A stretch of DNA of 63,655 nt, counting the filler, from Octopus bimaculoides (taxonomy: Eukaryota), in NCBI RefSeq assembly GCF_001194135.2. It is 4 parts of 4 records of this genome, joined end to end, with 100 filler letters (N's around TTAATTAATTAA, not from the genome) between each part and the next. Parts side by side here need not be neighbours in the genome. Positions count along the whole stretch, not along the records: positions 23,116 to 40,173 come from NC_069006.1; 3 more parts are not named here. One strand, given 5' to 3'. A model generated the notes under the pieces. That model worked only from the letters and a program-made list of their open reading frames with translations. It had not been told where the DNA came from and did not search any database. How positions within the stretch are numbered: the stretch's first letter is position 1; every line of letters begins with the position of its first letter. Position numbers and translations under genes: made by a program. Of this stretch, positions 26,339 through 38,363 are shown one piece after another.

Positions 26339-27110
26339 ATGGATCGATTTCTACGTCCAGAACGATTTGACGCAGATCCTAATTCGACAAATGCAGCCAA
26401 ACAATGGAATCACTGGCACAGGACCTTCATCAACTTTATTAATTAATACTCTAGAACAGCATCAACCAGATAAACTGAATACACTTATCAACTATATTGC
26501 TGTGTACGAATATGTGTACGAATATGTGTACGAATATGTGTACGAATATGTAGCTGATTGCTCTTCATATGACGATGCCAAACAAATATTACAGAATCTC
26601 TACGTGAAACCCAGGAATGAAAATTTTGCAAGACATCTACTGGTTACACATAAACAAGAATGCGGTCAAAGTCTCGATGATTTTTTGCAAAGACTCAAAC
26701 ATTAGCGAAGGATTGTAATTTTCAATCAGTTTCCGCTGAGAAGTAGAGAAACGAATCTATCCGAGACACTTTCATCACCGGATTGCAGTTTAATGATATT
26801 CGACAAAGGCTTCTCGAAAAGAAAATACTTGATATTCAAACAGAGTATGATGAAGCCAGATCACTTGAAATGGCGTGTACCTACTCAAAATCTTACCATT
26901 TATCATCTCAATCAGCCTACAATTGTGCAGCAACGGATATTCTAACCACGAATGTGGGCGAAACTATGGTAGCCGCCACGAACGGTAACAGTAATTGCTA
27001 TTTTTGCGGGAATAACCGTCATCCTCGCTACAAGTGTCCTGCTAAGGTGGCCACATGTAAAAACTGTAAGAAGAAGGGTCATTTCCCGAAAGTATACCAG
27101 TCAAAATACA
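26339..27110 (+). pseudogene. gag: Gypsy gag with two zinc knuckles
   Basis: Likely true start ATG 26339: MDRFLRPERFDADPNSTNAAKQWNHWHRTF. A 4-bp TAAT duplication gives a stop at 26444. Then LYVKPRNENFARHLL, IRQRLLE, CYFCGNNRHPRYKCPAKVATCKNCKKKGHF (from 26996). Confidence 0.9.
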
Positions 27111-27219
27111 AATATGTTACTTCTTCACTGCGTTCTGGACAGAATGTCGCAATCACCTCCTCTGCACTTCAGCTTTCGTCTCTATTATCCGTTTCTGCTC
27201 CACAGTGTCTGACTATCGC

Positions 27220-28792
27220 TGTCATCAAAATAGATGTCAACGGAGTAACACTTTCAGCTCTAATTGATACCGGAAGTTCTGAGAGCTATATCAACTCAAA
27301 TGACGTTCATCATAACAAGTGGCCGGTTTTCGTATCGACGAAAGTAATAAACATGGCCACAACTAATCTGTCAAAATCTACGGAAGGTCATTGCAAAGTT
27401 ACGATGAACTTAGGAGAAAAACATTATAGCAGTGTGCACGTGTCACTACTATCGGACCTGTGTGCGGATGTCTTTTTGGGCCATGATTTTCTCAAGCAAC
27501 ACGAAGGAATCCATATCTCATTTCCAGGTAAAAGACCCCTTTTGTCACTCTGTGGCCTCACTCCTGTAAGTATAGAAGCACCGCCCTTGTTCTCAACCCT
27601 TGCAACAGACTATAAACCAATTGCAACTAAGTCTCGTTATACAAAGATGGATGAACAATTTATAAGTCAAGAAATTCAAAAGCTTTTGGAAGATGGCATC
27701 ATAGAGCCCTCAAATTCACCATGGCGAGCCCAAGTTCTCGTTACCACTAACGAGCGTCATAAAAAGAGACTTGTAATAGATTACAGTCAGACCATCAACA
27801 GATACACTTATCTTGACGCCTATACCCTGCTGAAAATTTGGAAGATGGTTGAAGATATCGCAATACACTCGATCTTCAAAGTGCGTACCATCAAATCCCA
27901 ATCAAAGAACGTGAGAAAATGTATACGGCATTCGAAGCTTGTGGCCAGTTATACCAGTTTTGTCGTTTTGGAGTAACCAATGGAGTTGTATGTTTTCAAA
28001 GAGTAATGGATTCAATCATTAAAGAATAGAAGCTCAAAGGAACCTATGCGTACATAGACAATATAAACGTCTGTGGTACCAATCGCACAGAACATGACAA
28101 GAATTTAAAAATTTCCTTGGTGTTGCGAAGAAGTATGGACTTACCTTTAATGAAAGTAAAAGCATCATTGCTATTGATCGGATAACTCTGTTGGGGTACG
28201 AGATTTCTAAGGGTAACATCAAACCAGATCCAGAAATATTAAGACCCCTCGTAGATTTTCCACCCCCAACAGATATGAAAGCGCAAAAAAGGGTTGTGGG
28301 AATGTTTGCTTGGATCTCTAATTATTTTGACAAAATTCATCCACTCGTTCATAACACATTTTCCTTTCCTGAGAGAGCAAAAAAAAAAAAAAAAGCTTTG
28401 AAAACCTGAAGAAGGAACTTGAACATTCTGTCATAACTACAGTGAAGCCTGACATTCCATTAATAGTTGAAATAGATGCTTCCGATATCGCCATTGCTGC
28501 AACTCTAAACCAAGAAGGGCGTCCGGTAGCTTTCTTCTCAAGGACTCTAACTCCCAGCGAGCAACATCACACTGCCGTTGAGAAGGAAGCTTATGCTATT
28601 GTGGAAGCAACAAGGAAATGGAGACACTTCCTATTGGGAAACCATTTCAAACTTATCACTGACCAGAAATCGGTTGCCTTCATCTATGACACCCATCAAA
28701 AGGGTAAAGTCAAAAATGACAAAATACAAAGGTGCAAGATAGAACTCTCCTGTTTTAGTTATGAAACTGTTTACTGACCTGGGACAGATAAC
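27220..28792 (+). pseudogene. pol: Gypsy pol: aspartic protease, reverse transcriptase, RNase H
   Basis: ALIDTGS (DTG 27266-74); GIIEPSNSPWRAQV, RLVIDYSQTINRYT, LDLQSAYHQIPI, YTAFEA, FGVTNGV, YIDN 28051-62; EIDASDIAIAATL, PVAFFSRTL, EKEAYAIVEA, FKLITDQKS. Several frameshifts and stops. Confidence 0.95.
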
Positions 28793-29207
28793 CTGTGTAC
28801 TTGAAAAGGAATGTTAAATCATCCAAGTATGACCCCCTGGTTGATGAAGTAGAACTGTTAGACTGTAACCTTCAATATGCACGTGTACATTTATCTGATG
28901 GACGGGAAACAAGTGTGTCACTGTGACAACTGACTCCAATCCTCGAGACTTTGATCAACAAAAGCATGGAGAGATTGTGCAAACTGACGAAACTTCTAAC
29001 ACACGTACTTTGAAACTACGAACTACGAAATCACCTGAATGTAATGAGGTAAACATTGAACATACCCCCCCCCCCCNNNNNNNNNNTATTAATCAAAGTA
29101 TTGAGCAGCTGGAACGACAGACACCTCATGAACAGCATGTTCGGAAAAGAGAATCTATCAGTTACTTCAGAACCAGACCGTATAATCTACGCAGTAGAGA
29201 AGTTTGA
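28793..29207 (+). pseudogene. Integrase C-terminal region and pol tail only
   Basis: VYLKRNVKSSKYDPLVDEVELLDCNLQYARVHLSDGRETSVSL is fused directly to the RNase H end (Y*PGTDN); tail ends RPYNLRSREV. Confidence 0.8.
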
Positions 29208-29274
29208 AACATTCTGTGCCTATCCATTCAACCCCCAGACTTCTGTTTTCTAATGGGGGAGAATATTGTGAGAA

Positions 29275-29521
29275 TGTAATGAACTGTGTGTATGCATGTT
29301 TATGTTGTTTGCGTATACATGTTTATACGAAAATATACATGCAGTTCATGTATTTTTTTATACGTAACTATTTTGGCTAGCTTTTCATTACCAAACTGCA
29401 TCATGTCGTTGTCGTTAACTCATTCTCAACTCGTTGGCGAAAATTATTATTTGTCTACCGTATCTGTCAAAGAAGTTGAATAAAGCCTTATTTCCAATAC
29501 GGCAATTCTGTTTTCCTTACA
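29275..29521 (+). repeat. 3' LTR, preceded by PPT GGGGGAGAA at 29255-29263
   Basis: TGTAATGAA...TTCCTTACA terminal inverted repeat (8/9), AATAAA near 29478. Alternative start at TGTGAG 29267. Confidence 0.7.
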
Positions 29522-29934
29522 AACGCTTGTCAGTCTGAAATTATCTGTTCTATACTCTGGTATTTACATTTCAATTAAAAATTTGGGATTTTATCAATAC
29601 AACCGCAACTCATATTTCAGGGTAACCTTATTGTATGGAATTCACATAGAAAGTTATATCCAATAAAATAATATAAGCATTTAAAAAACCTACTATAAAA
29701 TACAATAAAATTATTTGAAAAAAATCTATATAACTTACCTGTTATTAGTCTGTGGGGAAAGAACATATTTTTAATCAACGCTACACCTGCTTCTGCGCTG
29801 GTGGGAAGTTTATAAAGGCTATACCTAATACATAAATCCACCAGTGCGTCCTCAGACTATTTATCTTATTGTTATTATTATTAACGGATCAAAGTTAAAA
29901 ATACATATTATAAGTCATATTAAATAGAAAAATA

Positions 29935-30175
29935 AAAGACCTGAAATTACAATACCGATATATATAAAAATTACAAATCTTTTTTTTTTTAATTAAAAAA
30001 ATTAAACCAGTTTAAAATTTTTTTTAAATTCAAAGACCTGAAATTACAATACCGATATACATAGAATTTACAAATCTTTTTTTTTTTAATTAAAAAAATT
30101 AAACAAATTTTAAAAAATTCAAAGACCTGAAATTACAATGCCGATATACATAGAATTTACAAATCTTTTTTTTTT
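29935..30175. repeat. AT-rich minisatellite, 89-97 bp unit, 2.6 visible copies running into a gap
   Basis: aaagacctgaaattacaat(a/g)ccgatata at 29935, 30032 and 30121. Confidence 0.9.
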
Positions 30176-30867
30176 NNNNNNNNNNNNNNNNNNNNNNNNN
30201 NNNNNNNNNNNNNNNNNNNNNNNNNNNNNNNNNNNNNNNNNNNNNNNNNNNNNNNNNNNNNNNNNNNNNNNNNNNNNNNNNNNNNNNNNNNNNNNNNNNN
30301 NNNNNNNNNNNNNNNNNNNNNNNNNNNNNNNNNNNNNNNNNNNNNNNNNNNNNNNNNNNNNNNNNNNNNNNNNNNNNNNNNNNNNNNNNNNNNNNNNNNN
30401 NNNNNNNNNNNNNNNNNNNNNNNNNNNNNNNNNNNNNNNNNNNNNNNNNNNNNNNNNNNNNNNNNNNNNNNNNNNNNNNNNNNNNNNNNNNNNNNNNNNN
30501 NNNNNNNNNNNNNNNNNNNNNNNNNNNNNNNNNNNNNNNNNNNNNNNNNNNNNNNNNNNNNNNNNNNNNNNNNNNNNNNNNNNNNNNNNNNNNNNNNNNN
30601 NNNNNNNNNNNNNNNNNNNNNNNNNNNNNNNNNNNNNNNNNNNNNNNNNNNNNNNNNNNNNNNNNNNNNNNNNNNNNNNNNNNNNNNNNNNNNNNNNNNN
30701 NNNNNNNNNNNNNNNNNNNNNNNNNNNNNNNNNNNNNNNNNNNNNNNNNNNNNNNNNNNNNNNNNNNNNNNNNNNNNNNNNNNNNNNNNNNNNNNNNNNN
30801 NNNNNNNNNNNNNNNNNNNNNNNNNNNNNNNNNNNNNNNNNNNNNNNNNNNNNNNNNNNNNNNNNNN

Positions 30868-30909
<42 letters not shown>

Positions 30910-31349
30910 GTTAGATTAGAATTCTTTCGTAATTAGAATTGGTTAGTTTTGTTCAATGTAGTTAGTTGTGAGATATGATAATTTTGTGTCTTGTCTGTTT
31001 ATTAGTTTGTGATACTCGTCGTTGGGGTGGAAGTCTTTTTGGAGTATTCCGTGAAAATAATTTAGCTATTTTTCTTTTTGATAAATAGCAGGAACCATCT
31101 ATCAATTTGCAAGCAAAGTGTGCTTATTCTAAGAATTGCTATAAGGGTAAGCGGTTTTCATTGAAGCAGTACACAGCAATCAAATTTCATGTTGCATGTC
31201 CGACAATAGTAGAATAAAATAGATGAGGTAAAGACACATTTTTGGAGCAGGTTTTGAAGATAAGTGATTTATTACCTCAACACACACCCATTCCTCATAT
31301 ATACACATAGGCATACAAAGCGATATAATATATTTATATATGCTATATA

Positions 31350-31550
31350 TCTTATCATTGTTTCAGTCACTGGACTGCGGTCATATTGGACCACGGCATT
31401 GTGTTTAGTCTAATAAATCGACCCCAGTACTTATTTTTTAAAAGCTTGGTCGGTTTTCACTTTTTGTCGAACTGCTAGATTACTTGGACGTAGACAGAGC
31501 AACACCGGTTGTCAAGCGATGGTGGGCAACAAACAGACACAAAACACACC
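31350..31550 (-). mobile_element. SINE family A, older 3' half
   Basis: tgtttcagtcactggactgcggtcatattgg...aatcgaccccagtacttatt...ccggttgtcaagcgatggtggg. Confidence 0.8.
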
Positions 31551-31897
31551 CACCCCTACCCAATCAATATATANNNNNNNNNNNNNNNNNNNNNNNNNNN
31601 NNNNNNNNNNNNNNNNNNNNNNNNNNNNNNNNNNNNNNNNNNNNNNNNNNNNNNNNNNNNNNNNNNNNNNNNNNNNNNNNNNNNNNNNNNNNNNNNNNNN
31701 NNNNNNNNNNNNNNNNNNNNNNNNNNNNNNNNNNNNNNNNNNNNNNNNNNNNNNNNNNNNNNNNNNNNNNNNNNNNNNNNNNNNNNNNNNNNNNNNNNNN
31801 NNNNNNNNNNNNNNNNNNNNNNNNNNNNNNNNNNNNNNNNNNNNNNNNNNNNNNNNNNNNNNNNNNNNNNNNNNNNNNNNNNNNNNNNNNNNNNNNN

Positions 31898-32003
31898 ATT
31901 CTATCGGTCTCTTTTACCGAACCGCTAAGTTACGGGGACGTAAACACACCAGCATCGGTTGTCAAGCGATGTTGGGGGGACAAACACAGACACGCAAACA
32001 TAT

Positions 32004-32034
<31 letters not shown>

Positions 32035-32208
32035 CATATATACGACGGGCTTCTTTCAGTTTCCGTCTACCAAATCCACTCACAAGGTTTTGGTCGGCCC
32101 GAGGCTACAGTAGAAGACACTTGCCCAAGGTGCCACGCAGTGGGACTGAACCCGGAACCATGCGGTTGGTAAGCAAGCTACTTACCACACAGCCACTCCT
32201 ACGCCTAT
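31898..32208 (-). mobile_element. SINE family A, young copy
   Basis: Near-perfect reverse complement of 23118-23400 (gacgggcttctttcagtttccgtctaccaaatccactcacaagg...tacttaccacacagccactcct). Confidence 0.93.
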
Positions 32209-33618
32209 GTATAAAATGTATAAAATTTTGTAAAAAAAACCCACTTAAAATACCAATACTGAAAATACATGTGAAAATATGTACAAACCATTTATTAAAA
32301 CAGATAATAAATAAATAAAGTTTCTAAAATGGTCTTTTTCCTTATTCCAACATTTTCCGAGTTAAGTTACATGTTATGGAACCAATCACCGACTTCAGCT
32401 TTATGTACGATATTCGATATGAAAATTAAAATTTAACGTAATTTAATACTTCAAATTGAATTAATTGGGTATGGAAATAATTGTAGGTGTAAATTTGATG
32501 CTAAAACTCAATTGAATTTTGTTCAAATAAATTGATGTCTATATATCAATTTCTCCATTTTCTTTTTCTCAAACAAGAATATACGTGTGTGTGTGTATGC
32601 GTAAGACAATGAATAAATAATGGTCATTATATATTTTTCTTTATTGCAGTAAATCTTGAAATTTAAGTCAAATTTACTACAATAAAGAAAATTAGGTAAA
32701 ATGACTACTATTTATGCCTTGTCTTGTATATCACTCTGAGTGAAAACCAGTATAACTGGAACACAACAATGGAAAAATGGTGATGAAGTATAACCTCGAA
32801 CTCTGCCACAAGATTACGCAGAGATCTTTACTTATCTAAACGATATTGTTAGCCTGGTGTATTAACACAGGACTTATAAAGTATTTTTCCCGGATTGATA
32901 ATCCCTCACTAATAACTCCGTTATACACACACGCACACGCACAAGCATGTTTGCTCTACGCATGCGCACTACCCCAAGCAATATCAGTTACACCGCACAT
33001 CGCTTATAAATAAAATAAAATAAAAAATAATTTTTTCTACACGCCACCATCTTTCTCACACCCGTTCATTACACAAAACTAAACAACCTTCTTCCTCTCC
33101 TCCGCCTACCCTCTCGCTTCTTCTCTCATTCCTCCTCCTCTTCCTTGCTCTCTCTTCACCTCCACACCACCACCACTACCACCACCATCGTCATCAGAGG
33201 AGACTTTATTACTCTTCAAAACCAATCTCAAATGTTGGTAAGACTTCAAGCGGAAACAATTGACATACACTTGTGATAAGATAGACGCCAGTGGTACTGG
33301 ATGGTACTGTGGTGGTGGTGGTGGTGTTGGTTGTGAGGGGTGGTGGTCGTGGGTGGATGTGGTGAGTGATACAAGTGTTGCAAGGGCGAAGGGAGTTGAG
33401 GGGCGAGAGAGGGAGAGAAAATACGATTGCGGTGGCGGCGGCGGTGGGGAAATGAGGTGTGGAGCTGTTTGTATGTTTTAGGGGTGTTATCAAAGAAAGA
33501 TAGCAAAATATAAAGGTTGGGAGGAAGAAGAAAAAAAAAAGTCAAAGGAAAAAGAAAAGAAAGAGAGACGTAGTGATAGACACAGTGAGAAGGCAATATA
33601 TATATNNNNNNNNNNATA

Positions 33619-33672
<54 letters not shown>

Positions 33673-34852
33673 GAGAGGGAGAAAGGGAGAGAGACAGTGG
33701 GAAAGCAGTATATATATATATATGTATGTATGTATATATAGAATAAGAAAGAGGGGAGTGAGAAAGAGAAAGAAAAAGAGGCAGTGAAAAAGAGAGGTAA
33801 ATGGGGGGGGGAAGGAAAGAAGGATTATTGGTGTAGTAAATTTAAATGTTTTCCTACCCGCCACCTCTTATACCTTTTCCCCAAGGCGGCTGTGACCGTT
33901 TGTGAAATAGTTCCGACGTAACCCTAATGCAAAGAAAATGACGGAGAGAGGGAGTGGCGGGAGAATGAATGAGTGAGACTGAGTGAGTGACAGAGGGAGA
34001 TTGAGAAAGAGTATGAGTAGTTTTACACACACATACACGTCCACACACACACATGTATGTAATATTATCGTAATTATCTTCGTTGCTTGCCTTCATGTTC
34101 AACCAAGCAAGACTAATACATACGTAGTTCTTCTCCCTTGGTTATCGTCTGCTTTAGTCATTTGAAGTTGCTCGCTCACCCTCATTGTCGCTCTCTCTCT
34201 CTCTCTGTTAATGATGAAGATGGTGGTGGTGTTAGTAATGACGGCGATGACGACGACAACTACGAAGATGATGATGATAACGACGATGATGATTCCTATG
34301 CTCAGAACTGAGAGAAAAGGATTTGTCGGGATAATACAGTATTTATGTGGGTCTCATTTGAATGATCCTGGTGTAGTCTGCCGTCCTATATCTTTTTATT
34401 GTTTTTTTTATTACTCTTTCTAAGGCATAAGACCCCTACCGTTTATAATTAGCCCCCTTGTAATGTCTTCTCATCTATCGCCACCTTATGCCAATGAAAC
34501 AATCTTTATTATTGGCGGCACTCCATCTTCATAGCATAAGGTGGTACTGGACGTAGCTCTGGAATCGTTGAGAAAAAAAAAATCACCTCTTCATCATACC
34601 CAAATATGAACCAGGGAACACAGAATTTCCATTTCCCAGTACAACTGGTGGTAAGCAATGAGAAAGAGAAAGAAACACAGAACGACCCACATCATCATCA
34701 TCAGCAGCAGCAACAACAGCAGCAGCAGGAGTAAGCGAACTATGGGGAAGCTATCTTTCACAGCAGCGCCATTCCAATCAATTTTACTGATGTGGACGAG
34801 ACCGAAGGTCAGAAGGGAACTAGCCGAATTGTTCGAAAGAAAAAGGAAAAAA

Positions 34853-35215
34853 AAGGTTGTGTGGTGAGAAGTTGGCTTCCCAACCATAGTTCTGGGTTCA
34901 CTCCCACTGCGTAGCACCTTGGGCAAGTGTTTTCGACTATAGCCTCGGGCTGACCAAAGCCTTGTGAGCGGATATGTAGACGGAAACAGAAAGAAGTCCG
35001 TTGTGTGTATATATGTGTGTCCGTGTTTGTCTCCCATCACCGCTTGACAACCGGTGTTGTTTTTTTTACGTCACCGTATCATAGGGCTTCCACAAGGAAA
35101 AGAAGGCCGATAGAATAAGTACCAGGCTTAAGACAAAAATAAGTCCTGGGGTAGTTTTGGTCGACTAAAAGCTAGAAGACAGTAGCCCAACATGGCCACA
35201 TTTACTGAAAAGAGG
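34853..35215 (+). mobile_element. SINE family A
   Basis: gttgtgtggtgagaagttggcttcccaaccat...accttgggcaagtg...gatagaataagtaccagg...aataagtcctgggg...aacatggccac. Confidence 0.88.
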
Positions 35216-36389
35216 AAAACCTCTCAAACCAGGAGGAATCGATGACTTATGAAAGAGAGCGCGCCCTTCTCTCGCGAAAAAGGGTTCCTTTCCATTGAGG
35301 AGGATTCCATCTCTGAAGAAGAGTCCATTTCCTTTGAGAAAGAATCCATTTTCCTCAGAAATGAAATTAAATCCACAGCCACTCGTCGTTGTCATCTCTA
35401 GCAAGTAGTTGAGCCTCTTCATATTGATGTGTGCGAAGGGTGCCGGTGCCCGACGTGGCTGTTCAGGCCAAGGGCGATATAGAAGAGCCCGGAACATTTA
35501 TCGCAGGAAAGTTGGTGGAGGATGAGGAATTGCAAATCGCTTTTGACGTCTTCAACATGTGATCTCTGTCTGTTATTTTCCATCTGGTCCAGTCCCTCGA
35601 CGGTGAGATGCCGCTATTTTGGGCGGTCACTAACAATTGTCTCCCAGGTATTTAGGTCTTTGGTGTAGCAGAGGAGAGTGGCCTTGAGCTAGTCTTGGAA
35701 ACGGAATTTGGAAGCCAGCCTTTCATAAAACGGAATTCAAAGTACAAAAAGCTGAGAAAAATCGGCTTTAAGAGTCGTACTTCGAATATTTTTACCTTAC
35801 GTCACAAGACAATCAACTCCTATGCCATTATTCCCTGCTGTTCTTCAAAACTTTTGCGGGTTGCAATGAAGAAAGTAATTATGGGACTTGCACCCTCCCC
35901 TCAATATTGCTGGCCATTATTATTTAATATACGCCCAACAGATTAGACTGTATGTGTGTGTATATGTATGTATGTACGTCCTGAGTATAAAATTAGATGC
36001 TTCCGGTTGTGAAGCAGCAGTTCAGAAGTTCTGGGGTTGTGAGGAGCCTGGAATCACCCCTTAATTACCATTGCTCCCAGGTCCGTTAGTAGCTGTCACA
36101 CCCCCGTCTATGGTGTAAATAGATTTCCCAGGGGTAGAGGAAGCTCCCATTATTTTTGACAAAGCCATGGCGGGAAGGCGGGTCTTCTAGGAGAAAGATA
36201 CTCTGACCTAAAACAATTGCAGTCAAAACAACACCAGTCATCTTGGAATGCTTGTCACTGGAAGCTACTATGGCGACTGGGAGAGTGGCAAAAGTATTAT
36301 ACAAGCTTTAGTCACTTAATTCTAATGACGTACAGATGTCTGACTATTGTGAAACGGCTATCATCTGACAAGATGAAGCAATCATCATG

Positions 36390-36420
<31 letters not shown>

Positions 36421-36505
36421 GCCTGCTTGCATGTATGTATGCATGCATACATGTATGTATGTATAAATGGTTGGCTGGATGGATGGATGAATCAGTGTAT
36501 GTGTG

Positions 36506-36537
<32 letters not shown>

Positions 36538-36689
36538 AAGTGTGTATATATGTGTGTATGTATGTATGTATTTTATGTATGTATGTATGTATGTATGTAT
36601 GTATCTATCTATCTATCTATCCAAACCTATGTATCTATCTATCTTTGAATGTGTGTATGTGTCTGTGCGTGTTTGTCTATGTCTGTGTG

Positions 36690-36912
36690 TGTGTATCGTT
36701 GTGTTTGTTTTTGCCCCTCACGACCATTTGACAACCAGTGCTGGTTTTCTTAAGTCCCCGTGATCTAGCGGTTCGGCAATAACGAGAAAGATAGAGTAAA
36801 TACAGAGCTCAAAAAAAAAAAAAAGTACTGAAGTCAATATATTCGACTAAAATCCATCATGGCGGTGCTCCAGCATGGCCATAGTCTTACGACTGAAACA
36901 AGAAAAGAAACA
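36690..36912 (+). mobile_element. SINE family A, 3' half after a (TATG)n/(TATC)n block
   Basis: ttgacaaccagtgctgg...tagcggttcggcaa...ggcggtgctccagcatggccatagtc..actgaaacaag. Confidence 0.8.
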
Positions 36913-37915
36913 AAATAACAAATCCATTGAAAATCTATCTTGAAAAGTCATACAGCCTTAATTTTGTTGATTTTCGTACCCCCACCTCCGACCTTTCCTC
37001 CTGTGGCCACCCATCTTCCTTTGCCCCATCTCTTTATTGTGCTTTTGATGTAGGCCGCCCACTTAGATGAGCTGTCCAGCTAAATACACATCTACACTAA
37101 CCTTGTTTCTTTCTTTCTCTTTTCTCGTCCTTACTGTCGAAATGAAACTCCTACGACCATTACCACAACAGCAACAACAACCACGACGACGACGACTACC
37201 ACCACCAAATCTAACGAAGGCTTCGAAAGACACTTTAAGATCCACAAAGATCAGAACTTAACTACAGCTCCTTGTGGTCCAACTCTGATATGCAATCTAC
37301 GTGGGTGTCTTTTCAATACATTGTCTGGCTTAAAAAGCCACATTATATACCATGATGGATTTAAAGTATAAGTACAAGAGATGGTCAGACTCGGCAAAAG
37401 GAGTAAACAACCACCATATATGTATGTATGCACATATATACACACATACATACACACGCGTGTGTGTGCGGTGGTGCGATGTTATTTTGAAACAGCAGGT
37501 ATATAGGTTGAGAAAAATGTGACTATCATTTCTAGCAAGACGAACGATCTCTTTGTGGCTGCGTTTCTTTGCAGGGATAAATGGATAATGTCAGGGTCGG
37601 TGGTGTTACTTGATGGGTTGAAGTGAACAGGAGTTGTTTTTACACATGGTGTGTATGTGTGGATAGTGGTGGAGGGCGAAGTACGAGGGTGTCAAGTGTG
37701 AGGCTGGAAGGAAAAGGGAGCCATCGTGAATGCATTCACTGCAGGTTTACTGCTTAAGGAACCAGCGTGGTGTAGGAGAGGAGAGTAAACGAAGACATGT
37801 GTATATAATACAAATATGACATGTGTCTAGAGTATCAACATGACATATGTTTGTGTATATGTGTGTGCACATACATACTTAGATAATGCATGTACGCATG
37901 TATGTATGGAAAAAT

Positions 37916-38135
37916 TGGTTTCAGATTTTGGCACAAGATCAGCAATTTCGATGGCGGGGGGCGCTAAGTCGATGACGTCGACTTAAGTGTTCAACTGGTA
38001 CCTATTTTATCCTTTCCGGGAGGGTGAAAGGCAAAGTCAACCTCTGCGAAATTTGATCTCGGAACGTAAAGACGGAAGAAACGTCTCTAAGCATTTTGTC
38101 CGGCGTGCTAACGCTTCTGCTAGCTCGCCACCTTA
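37916..38135 (-). mobile_element. SINE family B (tRNA head plus gcctttcatcc central domain)
   Basis: caactggtacctatttt...gaaaggcaaagtcaacctc...ctaagcattttgtccggcgtgctaacgcttctgctagctcgccacct. Confidence 0.88.
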
Positions 38136-38161
38136 GTTTATGTAAACACTCCTGTTTACTA

Positions 38162-38363
38162 TCTTTCTACTATAGGTACAAGGCCTGGAATTTGGAGGAG
38201 GAGTATTGTCGATTACATCGACCCCAGTACGCAACTTGTACTTAATTTATCGACCCCGAAAGGATGAAAGCAAAATCGACCTCGGCAGAATTTGAACTCA
38301 ACGCGAAGACGGACGAAATACCGCTAAGCATTTTGCGCGGCGGGCTAACGATTCGACACCCTG
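38162..38363 (-). mobile_element. SINE family B, second copy in tandem
   Basis: gtcgattacatcgaccccagtacgcaacttgtacttaatttatcgaccccgaaaggatgaaagc...gaatttgaactc...accgctaagcatttt. Confidence 0.9.

Larger units (their letters stand above)
26339..29521 (+). mobile_element. Decayed Gypsy LTR retrotransposon (single gag-pol frame), no 5' LTR, integrase core deleted
   Basis: gag, CCHC knuckles, DTG protease, RT, RNase H, integrase C-terminus, PPT and TG...CA LTR in Gypsy order (see sub-features). Confidence 0.95.

Noticed and set aside
26280-26440. ORF-track start MKMITNQ...MDKVQLFFF as the gag N-terminus
   Set aside because: The gag-like sequence is in another frame from ATG 26339; the track frame is gag only after the 4-bp duplication near 26441.
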